The translations under genes were made by a program, and so were the position numbers. A model generated the notes under the pieces. That model saw only the letters and a list, made by a program, of their open reading frames with translations, had not been told where the DNA came from and ran no database searches. A stretch of DNA of 64,000 bases from Candidatus Latescibacterota bacterium (lineage in GTDB: Bacteria > Latescibacterota > UBA2968 > UBA8231), in NCBI GenBank assembly GCA_965261395.1, contig OZ253462.1, forward strand, positions 1,024,001 through 1,088,000. The letters are read 5' to 3'. Positions 1-8,844 of the stretch are shown here, piece by piece. The first letter of the stretch is position 1. Each line of letters begins with the position of its first letter.

Positions 1-62
1 CAGGGGCATAACAAAATCCTTTCGGCGAAGTGTCGTTAAGAAATGGACCTGTTATACCTGAC

Positions 63-1175
63 TTAGCTACCGGCCTTCAGCAGCGCCTTGATTTGCTCTT
101 CAGTAGGCAGTTCGTTCACAAGGGCGATGCGGTTATCCCGGCCAATCAGGATGTAGTGGGGTATAGGTCCTCCTGGATCGAGACCGTAGCGTCGGTAGGT
201 CTCGCCCGTGTCGAGGGCGATGGGGAAGGCATAATCATGCTGGCCGACAAAGTCATCTAGCTTGTCGGCCATATACGCCGCATGCAGGGAAATGACGATA
301 AAGCCCTGATCCTGATAGCGCTCGTATAGATCGGCGATATAGGGCAGTTTTTCTATGCAGGGATGGCACCACGTAGCCCAAAAGTCGAGTAACACTACTT
401 TGCCCTGCAACTGCGCCAGACTGTTCAAGTCCTCATAACCGACGACGGGCTGTAGCCAGCGCTCAATGTCCATCTCAAAGGGCACGGCCCCTTGCTCCAC
501 AGCGTGCCGCTGGTGCATGACTTCCTTTTCCCTAGAGCTAATATAGCGGACGGAAAAGGTCTGGCCGTCGTCGGTGAATTCGGCGCGATCCCACTGCAAG
601 ATCGCTTGATCAGCCGTGGGTTTTTCCAAGGTTTTGCGCTGGGGAACCGTCAGGATCGGGGCGAGGCGGACGACGGTGTGTAGCAGGGCGTCTGAGGGCC
701 CAGATCCGGCCCAGACCCAGTGGTCGCGTTGCCAGCGGGTCAAGTGCGTGGACGGCTCCTCGGCGGACCGAAACGTGGATTGGAGTTGGATTGCCGAGTC
801 GTCAGTTTCGGTTTCTAGACCGGGGAAAGGCTCGCTCACCAGTACTTGGCGGTGTCCCGACAGGCGATTCTGATTAGTCTCGTTCCGAATATGCGACTGA
901 CCGTCTGGGTGGTGGACGACCACGGTAAAAGGATTGGTCTTTTCAATCTGCCCCGGTTGATCCGCTCGCCCAAGGATGGTATGCCACAGTTTTTGGCCAT
1001 CGGCATCGAGACGCCAAGCGTGCAGCCAGCCTTGGCGCAGTTGCGCCTGCACGGAACCGCCGATTGAGGCTGGTAGGTCAACCGAGTCGCGCCAAGCAGG
1101 GGTCGCGGTGGCCTCGGCGGCGACGACGATCAGTCCGGCTACGAGGCCGGTGCAGAGAATCTTAGCACAAGTCAT
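63..1175 (-). CDS. Exported TlpA/ResA-like thiol-disulfide oxidoreductase with uncharacterised N-terminal domain (copy A1)
   Basis: Signal-peptide-like N-terminus; C-terminal GKVVLLDFWATWCHPC...IPHYILIGRD thioredoxin fold; close paralog of 2661..3776. Confidence 0.85.
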   Translation of the reverse strand: MTCAKILCTGLVAGLIVVAAEATATPAWRDSVDLPASIGGSVQAQLRQGWLHAWRLDADGQKLWHTILGRADQPGQIEKTNPFTVVVHHPDGQSHIRNETNQNRLSGHRQVLVSEPFPGLETETDDSAIQLQSTFRSAEEPSTHLTRWQRDHWVWAGSGPSDALLHTVVRLAPILTVPQRKTLEKPTADQAILQWDRAEFTDDGQTFSVRYISSREKEVMHQRHAVEQGAVPFEMDIERWLQPVVGYEDLNSLAQLQGKVVLLDFWATWCHPCIEKLPYIADLYERYQDQGFIVISLHAAYMADKLDDFVGQHDYAFPIALDTGETYRRYGLDPGGPIPHYILIGRDNRIALVNELPTEEQIKALLKAGS

Positions 1176-1197
1176 GGTAAAAACCTCTCACTATGAG

Positions 1198-2559
1198 TTA
1201 ATGGGTCGGAAACTTGTCGGTGTCGTCGAGCAAGTACTCCAGTTGGGCTGGACTCGGCGTTTCGCCGTCCTCGCTGAGCCAAGCTATCCGACACTCGCGG
1301 TCAAGGAGGACGGACTGGGGAAAGTTCCAGATGCCGTAGCGCTGTGCGCTCGCGCCTTCGTCCACTGCAATGGGCACCGTATAGCCGCGTTCGGCGATGA
1401 AGGCGTCCACATCGTCGGCCTCCTCGGCGCTGTGGATGGCGATGACGACGAGACCTTGGTCTTTGTGCTTTTTGTATAACTCGTCATAGTAGGCGAGTTG
1501 CTCGATGGATTCGGGAGACCAAGTGGCCCAAAAATGTAGCACTACCACTTTGCCTAGGAACCAGCCTATGCGGTCGCCGTGCTCGATAGGGTTGATCCAG
1601 CGCTGGGCCTCGATATTGAAGGGTATGGCACCCCGGACCAATTTGTGCCCTTGCTGCTTATGGTCCACCATGAAAGGGGAGGCATAGCTGGCTATCAGCA
1701 TTCCGCTGCTGTCCCAGACGTGGGCGTCGTCCCAGTTCAAAAAAGCTCCGTCGGCGAAAGCGCCAAGCCGCGGCCTTTCCGGCACGAACACCGTCGGAGT
1801 CAGGCGGATGAGCGTATCCCAATGGTCCCTATTCGGTCCCAAGGCTACCCAGAGCTGTCCATCTTTCTCCCATTTGAAGATGCCGCGCAGGAAAGTGGGC
1901 AAACGGCGGATGGTGGTGTCGGGATTGGCGAACGCCTCCGGCACCCGTTTTTGGATCAGAGCCAAAATGGCGGTGTCAAGGCTGGCGAACGCCTCCGGCC
2001 CCAGTTGTTGGACCAGACCCGCCAGAGCGGTGGAATCAACGCCGGCGAACATCTCCAGTGACATTTCTTGGAGGTCAGCAGGAGGCGGCGGACCGCTGCG
2101 GTAGCTGTATCCAGTCCGGTCAATGCCGTTCTGGCGGACGGTGGTGTCGAGGCTGGCGAACGCCTCCGGTGCCAGTTGTTGCCGGTGGGCCGCTAGGGTC
2201 GAGGGGAAACTCTGAAAGGTGTCACGGACGAAGTACATGCCGTTGGCGTGGCGCACCTCGATGGCAGTGCCGAGGTTTTCAAGGGTTGGGGGTTGGTTTG
2301 AGTCGGCTTCGGCGAGGATGAGGTGCCAACGGGGAGCGTCGTTTTGGTCGAGGCGGCGGGCGTGTAGCAAGCCATCGACAATATATGCCTCTATGCGCTC
2401 GCCCGGACCGGCCCAAGGAGAGTCGCCGTCGCCAAGGGGAATAGACTCGCTCCACTGGGCTTGGTCGGCCGGATCTGCGGCTGCGGTAATGTAGGGGCCG
2501 ATGAGGAACAGGGCTGCCACCGCGAAGAGTTGGTACTTTATCGAACTAGAAGAACGCAT
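1198..2559 (-). CDS. Exported TlpA-like protein with SxxS in place of CxxC and PEAFASLD repeats (copy B1)
   Basis: GKVVVLHFWATWSPES; signal peptide; N-domain alignable by eye with the A copies; paralog of 3799..5160. Confidence 0.8.
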   Translation of the reverse strand: MRSSSSIKYQLFAVAALFLIGPYITAAADPADQAQWSESIPLGDGDSPWAGPGERIEAYIVDGLLHARRLDQNDAPRWHLILAEADSNQPPTLENLGTAIEVRHANGMYFVRDTFQSFPSTLAAHRQQLAPEAFASLDTTVRQNGIDRTGYSYRSGPPPPADLQEMSLEMFAGVDSTALAGLVQQLGPEAFASLDTAILALIQKRVPEAFANPDTTIRRLPTFLRGIFKWEKDGQLWVALGPNRDHWDTLIRLTPTVFVPERPRLGAFADGAFLNWDDAHVWDSSGMLIASYASPFMVDHKQQGHKLVRGAIPFNIEAQRWINPIEHGDRIGWFLGKVVVLHFWATWSPESIEQLAYYDELYKKHKDQGLVVIAIHSAEEADDVDAFIAERGYTVPIAVDEGASAQRYGIWNFPQSVLLDRECRIAWLSEDGETPSPAQLEYLLDDTDKFPTH

Positions 2560-2619
2560 CGGAAGTCTCCTTTGCTAGGTTGTCCCCGACAGGTCAGGGG
2601 CGGTTGGTGGGTGAAGCTA

Positions 2620-2647
2620 GTAGGGGCGATTCGCGAATCGCCCCTAC
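2620..2647. repeat. REP-like perfect palindrome GTAGGGGCGATTCGCGAATCGCCCCTAC
   Basis: 28-bp perfect inverted repeat starting with GTAG, in the spacer between the two duplicated cassettes. Confidence 0.8.
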
Positions 2648-2660
2648 GTTATGGCAAAAT

Positions 2661-3776
2661 TCAGCTACCAGTCTGAAGCAGCACCTTGATTTGTTCGGCA
2701 GTAGGCGGCTGATTGCCGGGCACCTCTATAGGGACGATGCGGTTATCCCGGCCGATCAGGATATAGTGGGGTATGCCCTCGACGCCGTAGCGCCAGGAGG
2801 TCTCACCCGTGTCGAGGGCAATGGGGAAGGCATAATCATGGCGACCGACAAAGTCATCTAGGTTGCCGGCCATATCCGCCGAATGCAGGGCAATGACGAT
2901 AAAGCCTTGGTCCCGATAGCGTTCGTATAGCTCGGAGACATAGGGCATCTTTTCTATACAGGGCGAACACCACGTAGCCCAAAAATCGAGCAGCACCACC
3001 TTGCCCTGTAACTGCGCTATACTATTCAAGGGGGACTCCTCATAACCGGCGACGGGCTGTAGCCAGCGCTCAATATCTATTTCAAAGGGCATAGCCCCCT
3101 GATCCAGAGCGTACCGCTGGTGCATAATTTCCATTTCCCTAGGGCTGATATAGCGGACGGAAAAGGTCTGGCCGTCGTCGGTGAATTCGGCGCGGTCCCA
3201 ATGTAGGATCGCCTGATCAGCCGTGGGTTTTTCTAAGGTTTTGCGCTGGGGAACGGTCAGGATGGGGGCCAAGCGGACGACCGTGTATAGCAGGACGTCC
3301 GAGGGTCCAGAGCCGGCCCAGACCCACTGATCGCGCTGCCAACGGGTCAGGTGCGTGCGGGGTGGATTCTCGGCAGACCGGTACGTGGATTGGGCTGCCG
3401 GGTCGCCGACCTCGATTTCTAGGCCGGGGAAAGGTTCGCCCGCCAGTGCTTGGCGGTGCCCGGACAGACGATTCCGGTTCATTTCGTCCCGAATATGAGA
3501 CTGGCCGTCTGGGTGATGGACGACCACGGTAAAGGGATTGGCCTTTTCAATCCGACCCGGTTGATCGGCCCGGCCGAGAATGGTATGCCACAGTTCCTGT
3601 CCATCGGCATCCACGCGCCAAGCGTGTAGCCAGCCTTGGCGTAGTTGCGCCTGCACGGAGCCGCCGATTGAGGCTGGTAGGTCAACCGAATCGCGCCAAG
3701 CAGGGGTCGCGGCGGCCTCGGCGGCGACGATTAGTCCGGCCACGAGGCCGGTGCAGAGAATCTTAGCACAAGTCAT
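2661..3776 (-). CDS. Exported TlpA/ResA-like thiol-disulfide oxidoreductase (copy A2)
   Basis: FWATWCSPC; GVEGIPHYILIGRD; paralog of 63..1175. Confidence 0.85.
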   Translation of the reverse strand: MTCAKILCTGLVAGLIVAAEAAATPAWRDSVDLPASIGGSVQAQLRQGWLHAWRVDADGQELWHTILGRADQPGRIEKANPFTVVVHHPDGQSHIRDEMNRNRLSGHRQALAGEPFPGLEIEVGDPAAQSTYRSAENPPRTHLTRWQRDQWVWAGSGPSDVLLYTVVRLAPILTVPQRKTLEKPTADQAILHWDRAEFTDDGQTFSVRYISPREMEIMHQRYALDQGAMPFEIDIERWLQPVAGYEESPLNSIAQLQGKVVLLDFWATWCSPCIEKMPYVSELYERYRDQGFIVIALHSADMAGNLDDFVGRHDYAFPIALDTGETSWRYGVEGIPHYILIGRDNRIVPIEVPGNQPPTAEQIKVLLQTGS

Positions 3777-3798
3777 GGTAAAAACCTTTCGCCAAGGG

Positions 3799-5160
3799 TT
3801 AGTGGGCCGGAAATGTGTCGATGTCGTCGAGCAAGTGCTTCAGTTGGGCTGGGCTCGGCGTTTCGCCGTCCTGACTGATCCAAGCCAGCCGGCAGTCGCG
3901 GTCAAGAAGGACGGATTGGGGGAAATTCCAGATGCCGTAGCGCTGCGCGCTTGCGCCGTCGTCCACTGCAATGGGCAACGTATAGCCGCGCTCGGCGACG
4001 AAGGCGTCCAGATCGTCGGCTCCTTCGGCGCTGTGGATGGCGATGACGACTAAGCCCTCGTCTTTGTGTTTTTTGTATAACTCGTCGTAGTGGGCGAGTT
4101 GCTCAATGGATTCGGGGGACCAAGTAGCCCAAAAATGCAGCAGCACCGCTTTGCCTAGGAACCAGCCTAGGCGGTCGCCGCCCCCGATGGGGTTGATCCA
4201 GCGCTGGGCCTCGATGTTGAAGGGTACGGCACCTCGGACCAATTTGTGATTTTGCTGCTTACGGTCTGCTTCGGCAGGGGAGACATAGCGGGCGATCAGC
4301 ACTCCGCCGCTCTCATAGAGTTGGGCATCGTCCCAGCGCAAAAAAGTAGGACCAATGGCCGGCTTTTCCGGTACGAATACCGTCGGAGTCAGGCGGATGA
4401 GGGCATCCCAATGGTCCATATTCGGTCCTAGGGCCACCCAGAGCTGCTGGTTCTTCTCCCATTTATAGATGCCGCGACCCCCCTCATTTGTCTCCGGCGG
4501 TGGTTTTTGGAGCTGAGCTAGGGTGGTGGAGTCGAGGCTGGCGAACGCCTCCGGCCTCAGTTTTTGGAGCATAGCCAGAGTCATAGGGTCGAGGCTGGCG
4601 AACGCCTCCGGCGGTATTTTTTGGAGCCGATCCAGAGAGGTGGAGTCGAGCTCGGCGATTATCAGCGGTGCCTGTTTTTGGAGTTGAGCCGGAGTGAAAG
4701 GACCGTTTTGGCTCCCGCTCAGGTCAATGCCGTTCTGGCGGACAGTGGAGTCGAGGCTGGGGAACTCCTCCGGTGCCAGTTGTTGTCGGTGGGCCGCTAG
4801 GGTGCTGCCCGGAAAGGTGTCGCGGACGAAGTACGCGCCGTTGGCGTGGCGCACTTCGACGGCAGGGGCAGGGCCGACGTATTCGAGGGTAGGGGGTTGG
4901 TTGGGATCGGCTTCGGCGAGGATGAGGTGCCAAAGGGGGATATCATTCTGGTCGAGGCGGCGGGCGTACAGCAATCCATCGACAATATATGCCTCTATGC
5001 GCTCGTCCGGACCGATCAGAGGCGACATGTCGCCAAGGGGGATGGACTCGTGCCACTGGGCTTGATCGGCCGGGTCTGCGGCTGCGGTGATGTAGGGGCC
5101 GCTGAGGAGCAGGGCTACCGCCGCGAAGATTTGGTACTTCATCGAACGAAAGGAACGCAT
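3799..5160 (-). CDS. Exported TlpA-like protein with SxxS in place of CxxC (copy B2); first gene of the operon
   Basis: HFWATWSPES; GGAGG RBS upstream of ATG; paralog of 1198..2559. Confidence 0.8.
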   Translation of the reverse strand: MRSFRSMKYQIFAAVALLLSGPYITAAADPADQAQWHESIPLGDMSPLIGPDERIEAYIVDGLLYARRLDQNDIPLWHLILAEADPNQPPTLEYVGPAPAVEVRHANGAYFVRDTFPGSTLAAHRQQLAPEEFPSLDSTVRQNGIDLSGSQNGPFTPAQLQKQAPLIIAELDSTSLDRLQKIPPEAFASLDPMTLAMLQKLRPEAFASLDSTTLAQLQKPPPETNEGGRGIYKWEKNQQLWVALGPNMDHWDALIRLTPTVFVPEKPAIGPTFLRWDDAQLYESGGVLIARYVSPAEADRKQQNHKLVRGAVPFNIEAQRWINPIGGGDRLGWFLGKAVLLHFWATWSPESIEQLAHYDELYKKHKDEGLVVIAIHSAEGADDLDAFVAERGYTLPIAVDDGASAQRYGIWNFPQSVLLDRDCRLAWISQDGETPSPAQLKHLLDDIDTFPAH

Positions 5161-5283
5161 CTGAAGCCTCCTTTGAGGTGTCCCTGACAGGGTCAGGGGC
5201 GGTTGGTGGACGGTCTGTTGCTCTATAAGAGTCTCTCGTCCAAAATGCGTGAACTGTTTTTACGGCTCTTGGAATCGACGTAA

Positions 5284-5299
5284 TGCACATTTTGTGCCA
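5284..5299 (-). promoter_or_regulatory. sigma54 (-24/-12) promoter
   Basis: Minus strand TGGCACAAAATGTGCA = GG-N10-GC with TGGCAC; about 125 nt upstream of the 5160 start; adjacent to a sigma54 activator gene. Confidence 0.8.
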
Positions 5300-5321
5300 T
5301 TATCACAGTCGAGAACAAAAA

Positions 5322-5349
5322 AATCCTTTAGGAGTTACCCTAAAGGATT
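5322..5349. promoter_or_regulatory. 11-bp inverted repeat upstream of the sigma54 promoter (operator or hairpin)
   Basis: AATCCTTTAGG-agttac-CCTAAAGGATT. Confidence 0.45.
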
Positions 5350-5433
5350 GGAAAACATAGGATTTAAGTAGCGGAAAAATGTCTCTCTACGAGGCAGGCA
5401 TTAAGTGTCGTTGCAAGCGGATCTACGATTTTC

Positions 5434-5485
5434 CGTTCAAATGAACGACTTTTGAACGACTTTTGAACGACCCTGAACGACTTTT
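5434..5485. repeat. Helically phased TGAACGAC repeats plus one inverted half-site; candidate enhancer (UAS)
   Basis: TGAACGAC at 5442, 5453, 5464, 5474 (spacing 11, 11, 10); CGTTCA-aa-TGAACG palindrome at 5434-5447. Confidence 0.65.
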
Positions 5486-5519
5486 ACAGATTAGCTGTGG
5501 CTTCTTTAATCCATAAATA

Positions 5520-5574
5520 GATGTTACGCTTGGACCCTTTGGGTATGGGATGCTTCGCTGCGCTCAGCATGACA
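5520..5574. repeat. Dispersed intergenic repeat (GATGCTTCGCTGCGCTCAGCATGACA family)
   Basis: Related copies at 29359-29412 and 31793-31815. Confidence 0.6.
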
Positions 5575-5613
5575 AGGGGAGGAACGCGTTAGTCCGCAAT
5601 CTTCGATAGGCTC

Positions 5614-8600
5614 TTACTGCGACGGATTCTCTGGTCGTTGCAACCCGTGCTTGCGCATTCGATAGCGCAGCTTCTCCGGGCCTATGTCCAACAGACGAGC
5701 CGCCCCTCGGGGGCCATAGATCCGCCAGTTGGTGGCTTGGAGGGCCGCTAAAATGCGCTGTTTTTCGTCCTCATCTTCAGCATCCCCGTCGAAGCCTTGT
5801 TCAACAGGCAGGGCAAGCTCCACCTCGGTAGCCTGAAGCGGCACATCTGCCACCTGAATGACGTCCCTGTTGCCCAACACGACCGCCTGCTGAACTATAT
5901 GCTCCAATTCGCGCACGTTCCCCGGCCACGCATATTGCTGCAAATGCGCCACCACTTCCTCGCCCAAAACCGGCGTCGGCCTCCCGAGCTGTTCGGCGCA
6001 CCGGCTCGCAAAATGAGCTGCCAAGAGCGGAATATCCTCCTGACGCTCCCGCAGGGGCGGCAGAACTACCGAGAGTACGCTCAGCCGATAGAATAGATCC
6101 TCGCGGAACGTCCCCGCCTGAATGGCCTCTTCCAGATCCTTGTTAGTCGCAGCGACGACCCGCACATCTACGGGGATAGACTGCTCGCCGCCGACGCGCG
6201 TCAGGTGGCCTTCCTCCAAGATGTGGAGCAAGGCCCGTTGGGAGTCTAGGGGCAAATCGCCCACCTCGTCGAGGAACAAGGTGCCGCCATTGGCCCGTTC
6301 AAAGTAGCCGATCTTTTGGGCATTCGCGCTGGTAAAGGCCCCCTTCTCGTGGCCGAACAGTTCGCTTTCGATCAGCCCGGCGGATAGGCCCCCGCAATTG
6401 ACAGGTATAAAAGGGTTCGCTTGGCGCGGGCTAAGATTGTGGAGCAGCCGCGCCAACACTCCCTTGCCGACCCCGGTCTCGCCCAGCACCAGCACCGTCA
6501 TATCCGTCTCGGCCATTGATTCGACTTGATCGAGGAGCCGTGCCATGGCTTGGCTCTGGCTGAGAAAACCCTGATTCGAGACCCGCAGCATTTGCTCTAG
6601 ACGCCGGAGGTGGGTGGGGACCACTCGCACCGCTAGGCGAGCTATGTCCGACATCAAGCCATCCCTATCTATGGTCCGCACTTCAAAGTGGAACAGGCCG
6701 GCCGGCACGTCTTGGTACGTCACTCGATTGGCGGGTGTGAACGCGCTCCACTCTTCTGCCGGGCCGTGGCCGACGAGCCGGTGGCTGTAGCGCATCTGCT
6801 CTGCTCCGCTTCTGAAACTGGTGCCTTGGAAGTGGAACTGAATCTCGGGGGTGCTCTCCGGGCAGGACACGGCTTGGGGTTCGTTCCAAGTCCGCCCGGC
6901 CACGACTTGGCGGATGCGGATGCGAGGCGGCGTCTCCCCGGGCTGATACGCGATGAGACCAGCCCGCGTCCCGAACCACAGCCGGCCTTGGCTATCGTGC
7001 AGAATGGCCTCGACGATATTCTCAAGGGCGGCTTTTCCCAGTCGGATGCTTTGGAAGGTCCGACCATCGTACTTAAGCACGCCCCCGCCGCTGGTCCCAA
7101 TCCACAGACATTCTTGCTGCGGATCGGCCACCAAGGCCAGAATGCCATTGGCGGACAGATCGCCTTGGTCTGCCGTAAATTGGCGCACCTCTTTAGATTG
7201 GCAGTCAATGGCGAAAAGGCCGTGAGCGGTTCCCACCCAAATCGCGTCCTGGTACTCACACAAAGCATTCACATAAGCGACGGCTTCTATGCCGGCCATG
7301 TCACACGCGCGGAGATGACCATCCCTGTAATTGTATAGAGCCGGTTTTGTTCCATGGAGGCCGAGCCAGAAGGAGCCTTCTCGATCCTGTAGCACGACTC
7401 TGCAAAAGGGCCACTGATCCTCAATCGCGGTGAAGCGGTCCCCTTCGATCCATCCGAATTGCTCCTCGGAAATGTAGGCGTTTAAGCGCCCTTCCCGGCC
7501 TTGGAATAACATCTTGATTTCTACGGAACCGTCCTCTGCGGAGACTGTGATCGCTTGGGTTTCTTTATCTATCGACTTGAATACTTGTCCATCGGGGCCA
7601 CTACTCCAAACCTGCCCTTGTCGATCTACTACCATAGAGAAGACGGTGTAACCGACCTGCACCGGACGGATCCGGTCGTCCTCTAAGCAGGCCAAGCCTC
7701 CGGTAGTACCGATCCAGACTCGGCCCTCCCGATCTTCACTCAGACACCGGACCTCGCTGTCGGGCAGGCCGTCTTCTTTGTCGTATAGCTGAATACTGAT
7801 CGGATCGCAAAAGATCAGCCCGCCTCCCCATAGCCCCACCCAAATATTTCCCTCGCTGTCCTCGTAGGTCAGGCGCGTATCCGAAAAGTGAACATCCGGC
7901 AAACCGGCTGAGAAAGGATGCCATTCCTTCCCGTCGTACACTAACACGCCTCGGCGACTCAGCCAGAGCCGACCGCGGTCGTCCACGCGCACATGGCGCG
8001 TTCCATGCTGGACGACTTCCGTCCCCTCAACCCCAGCATCCACGCGGATGATCTCGAATTGTTGACTCGCGGGCTCGTAGCGGCCTACAACCACTTCTGT
8101 ACCTACGTAGCGGAAAGCGATCCACAGGTTGCCAGCGGCGTCATGGGCGAAATTCCAAGGCCACTGCAATTGCGTCGCGTCGTGCCCATCGACTGAATCT
8201 GTGTTCATGCGCTGGCCGTCCAAGCTGATGACTCCCCGCTCCCACGTCGCCAGCCAGGTTGTACCTGCTGCGTCGGTAGCCATGTCGTACACCAGTCCTA
8301 GGGGCTGACCCGCCAGTTCCGTCATATGCTCTACGCACCGTCCTTCGACGAACCGACCCACTCCGGCTGTGGTCAGCACCCACACCGAGCTGTCGGCTTG
8401 GGTTTGTAGGCCCAATATTTCGTTGGAAGGTAGCCCATGTTCGGTGGTGTACACCTGAAAGCCACGCCCGTCGTATGCAGCTAGCCCGCCGCCGAACGTG
8501 CCGAATAACAGCCGTCCGTCCGCGTCTTCGTTGATAGCTGTTACGGTGAGATGGGGCAGTCCGTCCGACAGGCCAAAGGTATCGAAGTGCGCTCCGTCGA

Positions 8601-8760
8601 ATCGGCTTACGCCGCCATCGGTTGTGCCGACCCAGAGGAGGCCGTGGCGGTCTTGGTAGATGTCCTCCACGTACATCCCGGCCAACCCGTCGAAAACCGT
8701 GTATTGCTGTCCGAGGATGTGACCAAATGCCTTGTTCTGGTTTGGGGCCGCATGGTTCAT
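5614..8760 (-). CDS. sigma54-dependent enhancer-binding protein with N-terminal two-component-regulator beta-propeller repeats and Y_Y_Y-like domain
   Basis: Repeated D-x-x-G-x-(L/I/V)W(V/I)GT propeller motifs; Walker A GETGVGK; ESELFGHEKGAFTSA; TLFLDEVGD; FREDLFYRL; WPGNVRELE; C-terminal Fis-type HTH. Confidence 0.9.
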   Translation of the reverse strand: MNHAAPNQNKAFGHILGQQYTVFDGLAGMYVEDIYQDRHGLLWVGTTDGGVSRFDGAHFDTFGLSDGLPHLTVTAINEDADGRLLFGTFGGGLAAYDGRGFQVYTTEHGLPSNEILGLQTQADSSVWVLTTAGVGRFVEGRCVEHMTELAGQPLGLVYDMATDAAGTTWLATWERGVISLDGQRMNTDSVDGHDATQLQWPWNFAHDAAGNLWIAFRYVGTEVVVGRYEPASQQFEIIRVDAGVEGTEVVQHGTRHVRVDDRGRLWLSRRGVLVYDGKEWHPFSAGLPDVHFSDTRLTYEDSEGNIWVGLWGGGLIFCDPISIQLYDKEDGLPDSEVRCLSEDREGRVWIGTTGGLACLEDDRIRPVQVGYTVFSMVVDRQGQVWSSGPDGQVFKSIDKETQAITVSAEDGSVEIKMLFQGREGRLNAYISEEQFGWIEGDRFTAIEDQWPFCRVVLQDREGSFWLGLHGTKPALYNYRDGHLRACDMAGIEAVAYVNALCEYQDAIWVGTAHGLFAIDCQSKEVRQFTADQGDLSANGILALVADPQQECLWIGTSGGGVLKYDGRTFQSIRLGKAALENIVEAILHDSQGRLWFGTRAGLIAYQPGETPPRIRIRQVVAGRTWNEPQAVSCPESTPEIQFHFQGTSFRSGAEQMRYSHRLVGHGPAEEWSAFTPANRVTYQDVPAGLFHFEVRTIDRDGLMSDIARLAVRVVPTHLRRLEQMLRVSNQGFLSQSQAMARLLDQVESMAETDMTVLVLGETGVGKGVLARLLHNLSPRQANPFIPVNCGGLSAGLIESELFGHEKGAFTSANAQKIGYFERANGGTLFLDEVGDLPLDSQRALLHILEEGHLTRVGGEQSIPVDVRVVAATNKDLEEAIQAGTFREDLFYRLSVLSVVLPPLRERQEDIPLLAAHFASRCAEQLGRPTPVLGEEVVAHLQQYAWPGNVRELEHIVQQAVVLGNRDVIQVADVPLQATEVELALPVEQGFDGDAEDEDEKQRILAALQATNWRIYGPRGAARLLDIGPEKLRYRMRKHGLQRPENPSQ

Positions 8761-8777
8761 TTTTAATCTCGTTCATC

Positions 8778-8802
8778 GGGGCGACCGGCCGGTTGCCCCT
8801 AC
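8778..8802. repeat. REP-like imperfect palindrome GGGGCGACCGGCCGGTTGCCCCTAC
   Basis: Same GGGGCGA...GCCCCTAC arms as the 2620 palindrome. Confidence 0.6.
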
Positions 8803-8844
8803 GGAGATGGTGAGGGATCGGCGAAAGGACTCCCTTCCCGACCC

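Noticed and set aside
1505-1530. Selenocysteine or recoding at the SxxS site
   Set aside because: Codons are ordinary Ser (TCT, TCC); no in-frame TGA
5442-5485. TGAACGAC array as CRISPR or iterons
   Set aside because: Units are 10-11 bp with no spacers, and there is no cas or rep gene
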